A stretch of 64,000 bases of DNA from Octopus sinensis (GCF_006345805.1 NC_042999.1:170686001-170750000); one strand, 5' to 3'; positions 1 to 14,531 are shown, numbered from the stretch's first letter. Made by a program: numbers and translations. Notes: generated by a model from the letters alone, not told the origin.

Positions 1-366
1 ATTACCCATCCCAGATTTTTAATCCACTTATTACACTTCCGGTTAAGAACTCTTGCTCAAAGCAGTGCGAATGTCATACCCAATAACTTACCATTCCTCC
101 AAAAGTTCATTGAAAGCTATTGATCATAAATCTGAACTGAATTAAAGATTGTCAAAACTCATACATTAACACACATCATAAACTTCTCTTACAAGTTATA
201 CAACTTTAAACTTGTTTTCAAAGATATTTAAAACCTAACCTGCACATATGCTTCAATAAACTGCCAGCAATTTCTCCTCTGCCTTAGTCATAAACTATCC
301 AACCAGCGGCGAAACTCAGAGTTGACCGCAAAAGTTTGATCTAATTAATACACATAGATATACATA

Positions 367-1564
367 CAAGGGTCTGCTAAAAAGTTCATCGGCTGACCAA
401 GATACTCACATAAAATGCGAGCAAATAAAGTTTATTTCAATATAATACCCCTTGCGGTCCACACACTTTTCCATCAGTGTTGAAGTGCAGGGATCTTATT
501 GACAAAGAAGCATTCATCCTGTTTGTAATCAACTGCGATACTGGTTATCCGCCGTTTCCCATATTGGGGAAGAGTTGACAGCGAAATGGTGCCAAATCAG
601 GAGAATGATCGACCAGTTGGAAGCACTAGTCACGAAGAGCAGTCATGGAAACCAAGGGATTGTGTGCTGTAGCAATGTCTTGGTGAAGCAAGTTACCTTT
701 CGTCAGACTTTTTGGGCGTTTGGTCTTGATAGATTTTCCTAAGTACCTCAACAATTTGGCATAGCATTCTCCATTGTGGCCCTTTTGCCAGTCAATAAAT
801 ATAATGCCTTTTGCATCCAGAAAACTGAAGGCATCACCTTCCCAGAAGGTGCTTCTTTGGAGGACAATATGAATTGTCTCTTTCTCTCTGGCTGAAAGTG
901 ATGAAGCCAATGCTCATCCTGGGTTAGAAAACGTTGAAGGAAACCAGCTAGTCTGCGTCAAACAATGTTAGATTTTGCTGTAATGTGATCATCGCGGTGC
1001 GCTTTTGATCAGGTGTCAGAAAATGTGGAACCCAGAGAGCAGAAACTTTCACCATACCAAATTCATTGTACTGATTATTCTCAACTCGCTCACAGGATAT
1101 GCTAATCGCAATGGCTATTTGATTTATAGTCAATCGCCTGTAATCCATGAGCATGTGATGAAAATGATCAATGTTTTCCTCGGTGGTGACAACTGCAGGA
1201 CGTCCAGACGTTGGGTCATATTCAAGACTCTCCCTTCCTCTCCTAAATTCAGCTGCCCACATTTGCACTGTTGATAAAGCTGGAGTGTTATCCTCTAATG
1301 TAGCAAGCATGTCACCATAAATGCCCTTGGGTGCCAGACCCTTTTCTGCAGGTACTTGATATCACCACGATTCCAAATTTTGTAGATTTTCGAAAGAAAT
1401 TGCTACTACTTCCTTTTGAAGTTTTTTTTAAAAAAGTCAGGTGTCAGCTCACCTGAGAAGAGTCAATGCAGTTACTAATAAGACGGGTTGAAATTAATGA
1501 ATGCAAAATTTTACGTCTTTAGTATCACAACTGTATAGTCAGCCTATGAACTTTTCAGTCTATG
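367..1564 (-). mobile_element. Mariner (Tc1/mariner) DNA transposon, defective
   Basis: Broken ORFs 948-1310 and 626-910 carry mariner motifs (EFRRGRESLE..SGRP, KVSALWVPHFLT, LLHQDIATAH). Imperfect TIRs: gctaaaaagttcatcggctgac (~376-397) and gtcagcctatgaacttttcagtc (1538-1560). TA at 365-366. Confidence 0.9.
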
Positions 1565-3155
1565 TAGTACATAAATACTTACATTCATTTATACATATAT
1601 CATACATATGTATGTAAATATAAAACTGGAATTCTACAGTCATTAATCAGAGTCCTCCTTTTCGGTTCATCAAACGATTTTAAGCACAAAAATTAAGTAA
1701 TTTGGTTTTCATAGAATTGTTTGAAAATTCTTCATTGATCTCACCATTTAGTCAAATGAACGGAATAATTGGTGTATGGTGACAGATATACAAAAGTCGA
1801 CGAAGATGGATATATCCGAAATTATTATATTATATGTATCGACAAGTTAATTGTATTTAAATATCAAGACTAAAAAGAATTTGTCTCCTCAGCATCAATA
1901 CTGCAAAAGAAGAAAGTGAGGAATTACTTTCCTGTTACTCTTTTGAGTGAAATGTGGCTTTTACAAGAAAACGAAACTAATTTTGATTTACGACTAATGA
2001 AATCGTGAAATAACATTGGTTTTTCTCAGCTGAGCGAAGCTGACTAATATTTCACTGTTGGTTGCACACTATTGCAGACTCAAGTTTCTTTCATTTTATA
2101 CAAAGAAAAAAAAAAAAATGACATGCTTGGAATTGAAAATTCCAGTTGCACTTGAAAACGCATCCAGTTTTGTGAATGGAGAATTAAAGGGATATTTAAG
2201 CTAATTATATGTTAGCTGAACGATTCGCGCCGTTAGAACTTTAAACATTTTGGCAGTTGAGTCACTGTGAGCAACTTCTCGGAATCTATAATGGAACTAT
2301 ATATGCAGTTTCCAGTTAAAGGATATTTTCTTCAATAGATGCAGATATGTTTTCCAATGTTAAAAATTGTTGAGGTAATATTTTTACTGTTTACGTTAAA
2401 ATATCTATCTCGTGAAGTTCTCGGTACTGGATTATCTGGCGTTAGTACATGTTACATTGAAGATTTACACGTGCGCATGTTTTGAGAAAAGTTTTCTATT
2501 GTCATGAAAATGTTTTTAGTTATATTAGCCTATGCATAAATGGAGAAGGGCATTGTAGCTTAATAATTCACATTTGATATTCATGCACTTATTTGGTGAT
2601 TATTGAGGGGTTTCGTAATTATAATAGTCATTGATCTAAGAAATACTAATTTTCATTTATTTATGAGGCGTGGCCTCAAATCGGTATGGTGACGGGTACG
2701 ATGTAAAGCACCGAAACGGTGTCCATTCTCTTCTAAAACCCACAGACATCCATTATACAGGGATTGCAAGTCGGTTTCAAGTCGCTTTCACTTAAGAATG
2801 CATTTGTATTATTTTGTCCATATCCAAAATACAAGCAGTACTATCCAGAAATTCGACGCAGATAATCTTTTCCAGCCCTTTCTCTCCCTCTCTATACATA
2901 TACAGTAATCAATCACTATTAAGCGCAAATTCCGCCCTTCTATTTGCTCACCTCTGCAATTCTTGCTCTATCCTACCATTCCTGCTCTATCCTACCTTAT
3001 ATATATACTGCAAACTTTTAAACTTCTCCCTCTTCAACTAATCTTTGTCGAATTCTAAAGTGCAGTAAGCAATACCAACTTTATAATAATCATTACATGT
3101 GTTGTGTGTTTACGTATGTGCGTATGCATGTGTAGGTTGATGACTTTGATGTATG

Positions 3156-3188
<33 letters not shown>

Positions 3189-4316
3189 GTGTGTGTATAC
3201 ATGTGCATACATACACATATTGACGCACACAAACATTTAGATATATAAACGTATGAATTTGCATATATGTCCACAACCATACAAACACACTCGCAAATAT
3301 ACATTATATATGTATATAACTTTATATCGGGGAACGATATTTTATTAGTGTGTGTGCTACGAGTTTTTTCCTTATTTATATGCGTATAAACGTGCATTAG
3401 AATATGCAGTATAGAAATTCAGAAAAGCTACTTTGTATTTGAATAGCAATACGGAAATGTAGCTTAAGCCTCAATAGCTTCAATACGGATGTAATGGGTA
3501 GAAAAATAGTTGAAAGGCTGAATGGCAACAATACCTACTGTGTCGTAGACGCTATGTTATATTTATCCATTCATTCATTATGCTTCTTTTTGCGGATATG
3601 TACGTACAGCAACAGAAACATATTTGCATATTTTATATCCGTACATATGAACTAAACTAAATTAGAAAAAGGAAAATAATTTTTAAAAAAATACATGAAA
3701 TAAGAATAAAAATGTAAAAGATCAACGCCACAATGAATACACGGCTATAGCGAAGACAGCGAAACATGATCTAATTACCGAATGCTCATGTGATAAATGC
3801 GAAGATAAAACTCCTATTCTTACTGAAAGAAATTATGACGCCATTGAACGTTTCTGCAATGTTTTAAATGTATTTTAGCACAAATGGCTTTGTATATGAT
3901 GCTATTAAATCTACACCATGTTGAACAACATGGCGCCTTCTTTTGTTATAGAACCTTCTGTGGGGTAAATGGCAATTTAGCTGTTGACGTTCGAAGGTGT
4001 ATTGTATCTATAATAGCTAGCCATACAATGGCATAACAATTCGGCACCGTTTTGCGTAAACAACTCTTGCAAAGAAAAGATTGAAATGCTGAGCCAATTC
4101 CATTCCTGTATATCCTATCTATCTTTTATTAGGTGAGCATTTGCAATTCTCTTGCTTAATCCATCAATTTCCAGCAGATAGGAGAAATATTTTACATATA
4201 AGAATGAAATCAGGTTATCAAGTAGAACCTAAATGTTTTTGGTGATGGCCATGGCGCCAAACTAAATGCGATATCTTATCCCGAAACCTTAAAGAACATC
4301 GTATGTGCTTGTACAA

Positions 4317-4465
4317 TTGTATGTATGTATGTATGTATGTATGTATGTATGTATGTATGTATGTATGTATGTATGTACGTATGTATGTATGTATGTATGC
4401 TTGTATGTATGTATGCGTGTGTGTATATGTATGTATGTACGTTCGTATGTATGTATGTATGTACA
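4317..4465. repeat. (TATG)n microsatellite
   Basis: Direct reading. Similar (TATG)n/(TACA)n tracts at ~5220-5285, 9368-9435, 14150-14220 and 36660-36750. Confidence 0.95.
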
Positions 4466-4659
4466 TATATATACACTCAGACAAACACACAAACCCACAC
4501 ACACTTATGAAAAGAAACAAACAGAAGCAGTATTTGATTATGAAATACTTAAGTTAATCTCTAATTCACCCACATTTTTGACAAATGAGAAACTTTTGTC
4601 ATTTCGTTTCTGAAAGTAGCAAACAGTTCTTCAATACACCACATTTATTCCCATAACTT

Positions 4660-4930
4660 ACCAAATAAATTTTGGATTTTAAGGAGGGTCAAAGTAGGGA
4701 ACAAAAGCAGAACAGTAGAGACATACAAGGAAACCGAACGAAAACAAACATGGAGGGTCGTTAGACCAGAACGAGGGGAAAAATAGTGAACGCTGAAAGA
4801 AATGTTTTCTTTAAAAAGAGAAAAGATAGAAGAGAGGTATAGAAAACGTCCAGTCCTTAGAACATCGCGTACGAAAAGAAAGATGGTCACGTGAGGAAAA
4901 GAAAGATTGATGATGGCCACGTGTATAACA
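4660..4930. repeat. Dispersed repeat, second copy near 57840-57925
   Basis: ggattttaaggagggtcaaagtagggaacaaaag...gagacatacaaggaaaccgaacgaaaacaaaca is shared with 57847-57922. Confidence 0.75.
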
Positions 4931-4949
4931 CATGTATATATATGGAAAT

Positions 4950-5181
4950 AAAAAGTCAAGATAGAAAATGCTAAAATAATTTTTATTAAAAAGCACCGGT
5001 TTCAGTCATTGAGACTTCTTTAACAGTAACAATTAGATAATTAAATTTAGAAAAATTGAAAGAAAAGTTTTTTAAAAGAATATTTGTATAGTGTTCAAAT
5101 ACAAGTGGCATTTTTCTTGTTTCTGCCTGGCAGAAGTGTTTTTTTATAAAATTATTTTAGCATTTTCTATCTTGACTTTTT
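4950..5181 (-). mobile_element. PLE pLTR-like fragment with degenerate hammerhead and inverted terminus
   Basis: 4950-5112 is the reverse complement of ~16214-16390. Arms 4950-4984 and 5148-5181 are inverted repeats. Minus-strand TTAAAGA-AGTC-loop-GACT-GAAA-CCGGT-G is a decayed HHR. Confidence 0.65.
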
Positions 5182-5269
5182 TTCCCATATATATCCACTC
5201 GTGTGTTCCTTTTCATCCTTATACATACATAGATACATACATACATACATAATACATACATACATACAT

Positions 5270-5402
<133 letters not shown>

Positions 5403-5956
5403 TTCATAGCTAAGTTCTCCCCCAAATTAAATGGCTGAAACTTTACTCAACATACATTGAAGGAAAATCTGTGTGTGTGTAGATGTGTGTATTGCCTGTT
5501 ATATACATCATATTATATTATTATCTTTATAATTCACTTCCATCTTTACCCTTTAATTGTCACTTTAGTTTTAACTTTCCTATGACATACAACTTTCAAG
5601 ATGGTATAATTTGGTTGTTCATTTTGAACCGATAAAAAGGTTTTTTTCAAATATTTTATGTATAAGTCTGTGTGTGTGTATATATATGTGTTGGTATAAA
5701 TATCAACACACAAAAATATTTTTCTTCTCCACTTCCTCCCTTATTTTTATTTTTATTTTTATTTTATTTTTTTATTTTTTATTTTTTATTCTTTATATTT
5801 TTATTTATTCTTTATATTTTTTTATTTTATTTTTTTATTTTTTGTTTTTATTTTATTTTATTTTATTTTTTTATTTTTTTAATTTTTAATTATTATTATT
5901 ATTATTTTTATTTTCCCTTTTCTCTTTTTGTCTCTCTCCCCTTCTCCAAACACACA

Positions 5957-6018
<62 letters not shown>

Positions 6019-7203
6019 CACACACAGACACACACACACACACACACACACACACCTCCACAGAATGATCATAGAAAGTGTGACCCCAAATGACATTTGC
6101 CAGGCCAACCTATGCACAACACACACTCAGTGACATTGAAATGGACAGCCAAAGTTCTTATAAAACCACAGGGGGTCCAGCAGACCAACGGAAATAACAC
6201 TTCTTCACTCTCAGATATAAATGCGCACACACACACACACACACGCACACACACACACACCACACACACACACACACACATACACACATATTTTCTCTCT
6301 GCCTCACTTCCTCCTCACCCACTACTACGAAACTATAAAAAGGTTCAAACTACCCACAACTGATTTGATTTGAAAACCCACTAGAATGGGAGCAAGCGCT
6401 AATCCGAATGATATGATATATATGTAAAAAATGTAATATATAAATAAATATCTACAAATATGAACCATCTGATCTGATTACCTCAATTTTTCTAATATAT
6501 ATATACATATACATATATGAAAACACATTTTATGAAAGCAGTTATAAATATCTGAGATTTTGTTATAGCATCAAGAACTTACTAATTTAGAAATTGAATA
6601 TGACCATTCTTTTTGTTTTTATTAATTTACTAATGTCATTGAAATGACCATGGGTATCACAAATATTATTCCTTTATGTTTTTAAAAGTTGATGCATTTC
6701 GTCAATTTCGATACAACTTGATTACAATTTTTTACTTCATTCACTTCAAAAAATGCCTTTGCAGAATGCTTTTACTGCTCCCCATACCACCCGAGGAAAC
6801 TAATCAGTAGTATGCAATTGGTCTGAGAAAGCATGAACCTAGAGAATTATTTTGAGAGATACAGTTCTAAGAAGCTAGTTACTTTTTGCATACCTATATA
6901 TTTCTGATATCTGTTTTCACATGAATATATATCAAGAACATACTAAATCCTTATAACTGATTAAATTTTTCTGCTTTACATTAGAATATACAACACATTT
7001 TATAAGAATCCTAAAATATTACATGGCTTTTAATGATTACATCAATATACGTTGCCCCCCCCCCCAAAAAAAAACTGTACTACATTCCATTAAATCTAAA
7101 TTCAACCGTATTGTCTCTTCTCTTTTCGAAATTAACAAATATGCAAGAAAATCCCCTCTATTATACACACTGTCGTGTGAAATTATTACTGGTAGATTCG
7201 TTG

Positions 7204-7290
7204 TGGTCGACTTTGCTTTTCATCCTTTCGGGGTCGATAAAATATGTACCAGCGAAACATTGGGGTTGATTTAATCGACTAGTACCCCTA
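7204..7290 (+). mobile_element. SINE family C fragment
   Basis: ggtcgactttgcttttcatcctttcggggtcgataaaatatgtaccag matches the core of the 40114-40310 copy. Confidence 0.75.
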
Positions 7291-9031
7291 CCAAAAAGAA
7301 AACAAATAAGAATAATTGGTAGATTAGCAGTAGGGCCATTATGAAGGAATAAATACTTTGCAGTACTTAGTTATACTTTTTGCTCTTAGCTCAAATCACG
7401 CCCTGACTTAACCATTCCTTCTTTTAGAAAAAACCTAGCACAATTTATTTCACCCCGCTGTGGGCTCTTGAAATTATTCGCATCTTGTGCAGAAGGCGAA
7501 AATTATTGTTTTATGATTATCTCTGTTACGACACGAAAAAGTAGATATTTTTACTTGTTACCGCATTTTATAACTTGCTAATTACCTTTCCCACAAGATC
7601 CTGCGAGTTAAATTGCCATGTGTTTATAGATGTAGAACTTTTTGACTGCAAATTGAGTTCCACGGTTTATGTGTCAGGGTGAAGTGATATCTGTGTGTGC
7701 GTGGGGTGGGTGGGTGGGGGTGAGAATTGGATCAAGTATTTTGAATCATGGCATTCATAAATATTGGTACTTTTTCAATTCGACCACATGTATTTCTAAA
7801 TCTGAATAGCAGCTAAATACTCATGTTATCAATGTCAAAATCTATAACTTTAGTGGTTTCGGTATCTTCCAGCATTTTACGCAATGTATTTTGAAACATG
7901 ATGAACGAAGATGACACATGTATGCCTACTGACTTAACTAAGTCAATTGTTTTCGCACACAAAAGATCTAGAATGATAAAATATTTTTAGTAAGATTTTC
8001 AGGGACGGTTGTGGGTGTTTGCTACATACTGTATTACTGAGAATTTTTAATGATAGCAGGAAATAAAATATGATAAATCAAAGCCTCTTGACATTTCAAT
8101 TAAAATCGCTGACAGTCAAACTAACTGTTGAGGTTTTGAATTAAAAAGACACGGTGGTTAGCATTGGATTGCTTCACTTTTCTTATACTTATTTCAGTAA
8201 CAAAATTCGGAGTGATTTGTAAAAATGTGTAGCTTATTTCAGATAAATTTTAACTTTATTATATTTTTTAGACATTTTCCGTTAAAATAGAATAATATTT
8301 TTATTCTTTGGTAAAAGATTACTTTTTACTGGCCGTGGGTGTTTCGAATATATGGACTACTCTACACTATAAAATGAACTAAGTTTTTACCGGGACCAGA
8401 CAAAATCAAGTCTGAGTATGTAGATCTAAATCTCAGAGAAAGAAACTTATACACTAAAATTTATTCACTATGACTATCAGTGGTCTCCACTAATGTTCTG
8501 TGTGTCAACACCCAATAACGTTGAATATTCATGTGAATTGATTACAGTAATTATAATTGAAGATTTGAGAGGTTATGAGGTTATAAAGTCAAATAATTTA
8601 TTTGATTAACGATGAAAAGTTTACAATACCTGCATAATATTGTAATTATGTTTCACTAACTTCAGCAAAATATCTCAATTGTTCATCTGGCTAACAATTA
8701 TTCACACTTTCTACATTATCAATACTCTAACAATGTTTTGCTTCAATGCTATACCGACTAACAGAATAATCTGTGATATTTTAGTCAATATTGTATGTAG
8801 AGAATGTATATGTGGCACTGAAACAAAATCACTTATAAAGCACGTTATATATATGCAATTTTCTCTATTCACTATTCCGGTTGATAAAGTGACGTCAAGC
8901 CTACAAGGAGCAATATCATTTACATCTCATTCATTTCTTTTTCGAGGAAGACATCGCTAATGGTTCGTTGAAATCTACATCATTTTTGTGGAAAGGATTC
9001 CTCAGGATACTTGTCATGGCTTAATGTTGGG

Positions 9032-9034
<3 letters not shown>

Positions 9035-9073
<39 letters not shown>
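9035..9073. repeat. (GA)n microsatellite
   Basis: Direct reading. Others at ~21978-22024, 42170-42222 and 58092-58150. Confidence 0.95.
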
Positions 9074-9076
<3 letters not shown>

Positions 9077-9364
9077 GAGAGGAACAGAAGGACAGAGTGA
9101 GAGGAGGGGAGATAATGAGAAAAAAAAAGAATAGTCTAACGCTATAATAGATTGGTACTTTATCTAACCCGAAAGGATGAGAGAAAAAATTGACCTCACC
9201 CGCATTTGAAATCAGAGTGCAAAACGCCTGAACAAATACTGCGTGGCATCATACCTAATGCTGTATTGATACCATGATTTCAACGTTTCAAACTTTTACT
9301 TGAATATATCCACACATATCTATACATACAATGCGTGCATACACTCACATAAAAATACATAAAC

Positions 9365-9422
<58 letters not shown>

Positions 9423-9559
9423 GTATGTATGTATGTATATATATATATGTGTATATATATATATGTATGTATATATATATATATATACGTATATATATAT
9501 ATATAGTCATATATATATGCATATATATATATATATATGTATACATATACACATACATC

Positions 9560-9820
9560 CCATAATCACACTACTTCCTTCTAATATGAACGAAAACATT
9601 ACCTCGCTGAGAAAATTCATATGGAACAACAAGCAAAACAGTGTTAACTATACTATCGCGCAGTGTGCTATGGGTAACGCACCTCCATATAATGATGGCA
9701 GTTCTCAGTGCAATTTATACGTGTAGAGGCGTTGGAACTACTCGAATATAATCCAAACTTAATCACTAAGCGTAAGGAATATTTAATTCGCTGCTTACAT
9801 TTGAAAGATAAAACATTCTT
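9560..9820 (+). pseudogene. PLE GIY-YIG endonuclease C-terminal remnant
   Basis: [17 protein letters not shown]...[37 protein letters not shown] resembles the PLE C-terminus (ELSKYIW..CNLCL.EK..LNKRSE..KCRH) and the copy at 23064-23390. Confidence 0.6.
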
Positions 9821-10845
9821 AGTATTTCCAAAAACAATTCTTAAAGGATTAGCACCTCATGTACAAATAGATAAATTCAATACCTTAGTTACGTTACCAA
9901 TGATTACACTTCTTATGAAGTTATCCACGATTTAATATTATAAGAAATCCTCTCACAACTAACTTGAACTTAGATCACATTTTAATGATTCGTCTTGTTT
10001 ACTTGTGATCTACACACTGATTAATTTTCCAACTATTTCGAAATTCATCATAGTTTACAATTGGGAGTCTATAATTAACGCACCTAAAGTTTATTCTTTT
10101 TATAATTTATTTTATTTAATGAAGCATTATTTAAATGTTGTAGTTTTGTTTGAATATATTTTATTAATGAAATTTTATTTAACGGTTAAGTTGAAGTTCT
10201 CAAATAATCTAGAAAGGCAACATGATTACATTCTGTCTCTGAATGAACATTGATTCACACTCAGTTACCCTTACAAACTTAGATAATTCTCTTCTTTAAG
10301 GACCGAATTAATGTAGGCATTAAGCAGACTGTATTCTTCATTTTCGTAGAAACTTAACATCGTTAGTATCTGATAACAACATTACCTCCCAACACTATGA
10401 ACTCGCCTTAGGATAATAAATAATCTTATATGACTATCTTCAGCCTCCCTCTTTTACAAATTCTGATAGTGCATATTTTCCCCAAGATTCAACAAATACT
10501 TTAAAGGCTCTGAGCATTTCAAAAATGGTTGATTCATCGAATTAATTGGATTAATTAAGCACGCAAACCACAATGTACAATGAATCATCTGATCTCAACC
10601 CCCAAAAGAGGCAGCAAATACCAATTAATGGTGTGTGAATGCTGGATCTTAAGAGGGAGCATGATTTTATTTCGAAATAATATATGTAGACTAGGTACAA
10701 TATATATATATATATATATTAGGCACATGTCAGAAAGATATTGTGGCATCAATGGGCAGACACCTGATTAATTTTTTGGTCATTAATTTCACCTTTATAT
10801 ACAAATTTAAAGATTATGAAAATTCAATAAATAATGTTTTTTTAA

Positions 10846-12066
10846 TACTTGTACTTGTACTTTTGACGGCGTTCACCCAGGGCGGGTTGAGCCAGCTTCT
10901 TCTCTGTTCCTAACGGCATCACTAACCATGGCGCCCCACGCTCGTCGGTCCTGTGCGAGGTCACTGGAGATAGCAATCCATTCGCGGTTCCATCTGCGTA
11001 GACCGACCACCTGCGGACCTGAGAGTTCGGAGAGGTCCTCCTTTATCTTCGTTGCCCAGGTCTTCAGCTGCCCGCCCCTGCGTTTGCGCCAGCTGGGAAG
11101 TGGAGATGGGAGGAGGATATCGCGAATTAGCTCACCCTCTGGACACCGGGCCGCATTACCGAACCACCTTAAGCGCCGTTTTAGAAGCACCGAAGGGAGG
11201 GGCAGGAGATTCAGTCGACGACGAAGACCGGCTGTAGGAACCCGATCAATGCGTCGACAGCGAAGAATGCGGCGGAGACAGTCATTGTCGGACACCTCCA
11301 GCCTCCGCTGATCGACTACCCTCATAGGCCATGTTTCACAACCTTAGAGGGGGATAGTACGAACGACGGCCTGGTAGATTCGCCCTTTGGTCACCGAGGA
11401 GATCTCTCTTCTGTTCCACAGGCACCGCTGGATGGGCACGAATGCAGATCTGGCAGCACCTATGCGACGCTCGACCTCAGCTGCGTGCTGTCCCGTTGGA
11501 ACTACTGTTGAACCCAGGTAGATCAAGGACTCTAGATCCTCCAGCTCCACGCCCTAGAGAACGATTGGCTGCCATTCATCTGCTGTGGCCAGAGACGTTA
11601 TCACTTTGGTTTTGTCAGCATTGATCCGAAGACCAACAGCTGCTGCATGCACCCTTTCGAGAGCATCTTGGACATCTGCCCGGTTAGAGCCCAAGAGTGC
11701 GATGTCATCTGCGTAGGCCAGGTCCGTCACCACGACTCCTCTCCCAGCCTCTACGTCCGGGTAGTCCCGAAGCGCAGTGTTGAGAATGTAATCGATAGCA
11801 TAATTGAATAGGGTTGGTGAGAGCGCACAACTCTGTCGAACACCGGTAGTGACATCAAACGACTCCGTCTCCCCGCCATAGACCCTCACAGGAGCCCTCG
11901 TTGAACGATAGTAGCCCTGTATGAGGTTTAACAGCTTCACAGGGATACGGTCCGCCTGCATAATACGCCATAGCGCCTCCTGATCCCCCGATTCACCTGT
12001 ATGAGGTTTAGCAGCTTCACAAGGATACCGTCCGCCTGCATAATACGCCAGAGGGCCTCCTGATTC
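10846..12066 (-). mobile_element. RTE-clade LINE, 5'-truncated, frameshifted RT
   Basis: GVRQSCALSPTLF, LAYADDIALL, GLRINADKTK, YLGS and RRLRWFGNAAR motifs across ORFs 11554-11961, 11344-11550 and 10873-11325. The 3' tail is a short tandem (CAAGTA)n, as typical of RTE. Confidence 0.93.
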
Positions 12067-14188
12067 AAAGAAGAAAAAAAATGGATCGGGAGGCCCTTTT
12101 TTTTGTAATACAACGATCTGATATAAATTTTAATATTTTAAATTGTAAGGGCTCATTTAAGGAGGTGGGCTCTTAAAATGTTCCAGCTTGTATATGAAAA
12201 TCACAACATAATATATAGCAAAATCACAAAAACAACGAATATGTAAATAACAGGAAAGGGTAAGACAACGAAAAAGAAATGCAGTTGACAAATTAATGAA
12301 ATGAGCTAGTGCAACATAACGAAGGAAAGAAGTACAATAAGAATGCCATTCACAGATTAAACTCACAGACCTAAATCTATCACCATGTGTACGCTGAGAT
12401 AGAGTTTTGTTATATATATACTTTTTCGTAATCTTTAACCATTTCAAATGCAAAGGTTTGGCCATGTCAATTATTTAGCGATGTTACTACTTCGGATATT
12501 TGTAAGCCACAAAGAGATGAGGATCTTGACGTTTTCGAGCAAATTTATTTCTCGCATTCTCTTCGCCTCAAAGGTATATAATTTTATCCAAATTTACAAG
12601 CCTCACATTACATGCAATTTTCACTGGTTCTACAACGAAAATGAAAATTCTTATACACTGTTGAACTCATTCTAACTAAATAGAAACGTCAAGTGAATGC
12701 GGTGATCACTATTTCAAGTATTATCTTTCATTTTCTGTATATTGCGACAACAAAATGACTAAACATGTAAATAATAATCAGCAGAAAATTAAGCTAATAA
12801 ATACAAGAAATGAATTCTAGTATAATCATAGTTGCCTCAACACCAGTGAAAATTATCTTTCTAGATCCAGTAGGGAAATTATCTATTCTAGATCTAATGG
12901 GAAAGACTCGTTGTCGTGATATAACCTTTTAAAAGTTATTTGTAAAATATCGATCAAATATAACTTTACGTTTTTTAAAAGTGTAGAATCATTAATTATT
13001 GAATTTTCAAACGAGTTATAGACAAGACAGTCCTAATTAGTCCCTACTGACTTGTATGTTGTATCAAGCTTGATTAAGAACTAATAAATTTATCATAAAA
13101 ATAACAATCTGTACATGATAGAAAAAATGACAGCTGACCACATCTGTATATCTCAAGTAATATTCATCTGAAATCCGCTGAGTTGAAATGATTGAGATAA
13201 ATGTGTGGTATGTACAGGAATAAGTTTTGATAGATATCCACCTCTGTCTCTTGTTATCTATTCATATACTACACGTAATTCATATCAGCAACATTTAAAG
13301 TAGAGAAAAAATATATGGAAACCCAGTTAGGTAAGATTTAGTGGACAGGTGATAGCTGAACCAACACGATATTATAGTTACGTTTTCCAACAGGATAATT
13401 CATTCAAATCATCGAGATTTTGCTTCTTAATAAATCTAATATTTACTGTAGAATAGAATACTACCATGTAGTCAGATCTTATTTTAATCAATAGTCAAAG
13501 ACTGTTTTCAGAAATTGCAACAAACTACTTCGTATCTCAATTTCTGATTTAGTTTAACGTTTCCCTATCGTTAATAAATATCTTTGCCTTATTCATATGA
13601 CATCATTTTCTTTACCCTTTTGTTTTCCTAACTTTGAATTGTGAGCCTTTTTATTTTTGCTCTTCAGATGGAATTAAATATTTATTCAGCTATTAATATA
13701 ACGAGGAAAAACCAAAGATATCAAAATACGAGGATACAAACTTTAGAAAAACAAACGAAATTTGAGCAGATTTGAAGTTTTTCATTCTATATTTTACGTG
13801 GTAGATTGGTGCAGGTAATGGGATATATGAATCTTCAGTTACACTTGCAATTTCTTGTTTTCTTTTAAAATACTAGATTTTGAGAGTCTATATATTGGGA
13901 TTGGTGTACCTGGATATGACCACCTTTGATATATCTAAATATGGCGTTACCAATTTGGTTTCTTGCGCAAGAAAGTAGCCTCCTGTCCATGGCATTGAAA
14001 CCACTGCATATGGAAAAGTTTGAAAGTGAGTATTTGGTGCTCTTGTACCCGATGGGGTGGTCAACAACATTTGAAGTAGGCTCTCGGAAAACTTTCTCCC
14101 TCTTTTATCTGTACACCAGTAGCTGAAAAATTGTGTTACATAGATACATAGATACATACATACATACATACATACATACATACATACA

Positions 14189-14224
<36 letters not shown>

Positions 14225-14270
14225 TATATACATATATATTTATGAATATATATATATATATATATATATA

Positions 14271-14490
14271 TCAACATGTGATCTCTTGAGCACCACCAGC
14301 AAAAATATTTTTTCCCTCTGTCTTCCTTTCTTGGGATCTTTCCTTCTCCTTGTTTCCGACGAGGAGCTCCGCTCGAAACGTTAAACCCTCCTTCCCTTCT
14401 TTCCTGAGCGTCAAATAATACTTTAATTGTTCCACGTCCTCGCGTTGCTGTGTTTTTTCTGTGTTTGTTTCTGTTTTTTCTTGTTTGGAT

Positions 14491-14494
<4 letters not shown>
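14271..14494 (+). mobile_element. ~220 bp HHR-bearing non-coding element (family H1) inside (TA)n
   Basis: Homologous end-to-end to the two minus-strand copies at 45273-45487 and 45607-45821 (same termini tcaa.atgtga / tttggattaact). Flanked by (TA)n. Confidence 0.8.
14352..14386 (+). ncRNA. Minimal type I hammerhead ribozyme motif (U4C variant)
   Basis: gttt-CCGACGA-g-GAGC tcc GCTC-GAAA-CG-T-T-aaac. Stem I gttt/aaac, stem II GAGC/GCTC, palindromic ACGT stem III, GUU cleavage triplet. Confidence 0.65.

Positions 14495-14531
<37 letters not shown>

Noticed and set aside
10928-11311. Arg-rich 127-aa plus-strand ORF (and 60222-60665)
   Set aside because: Antisense shadows of the RTE and mariner coding regions.
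12051-12105. Hairpin plus T-run resembling a rho-independent terminator
   Set aside because: Eukaryotic DNA; explained as an inverted copy of the LINE 5' end.
13888-14126. Complex-looking ORF segment next to a microsatellite
   Set aside because: No recognisable motif, and the start lies within the repeat.
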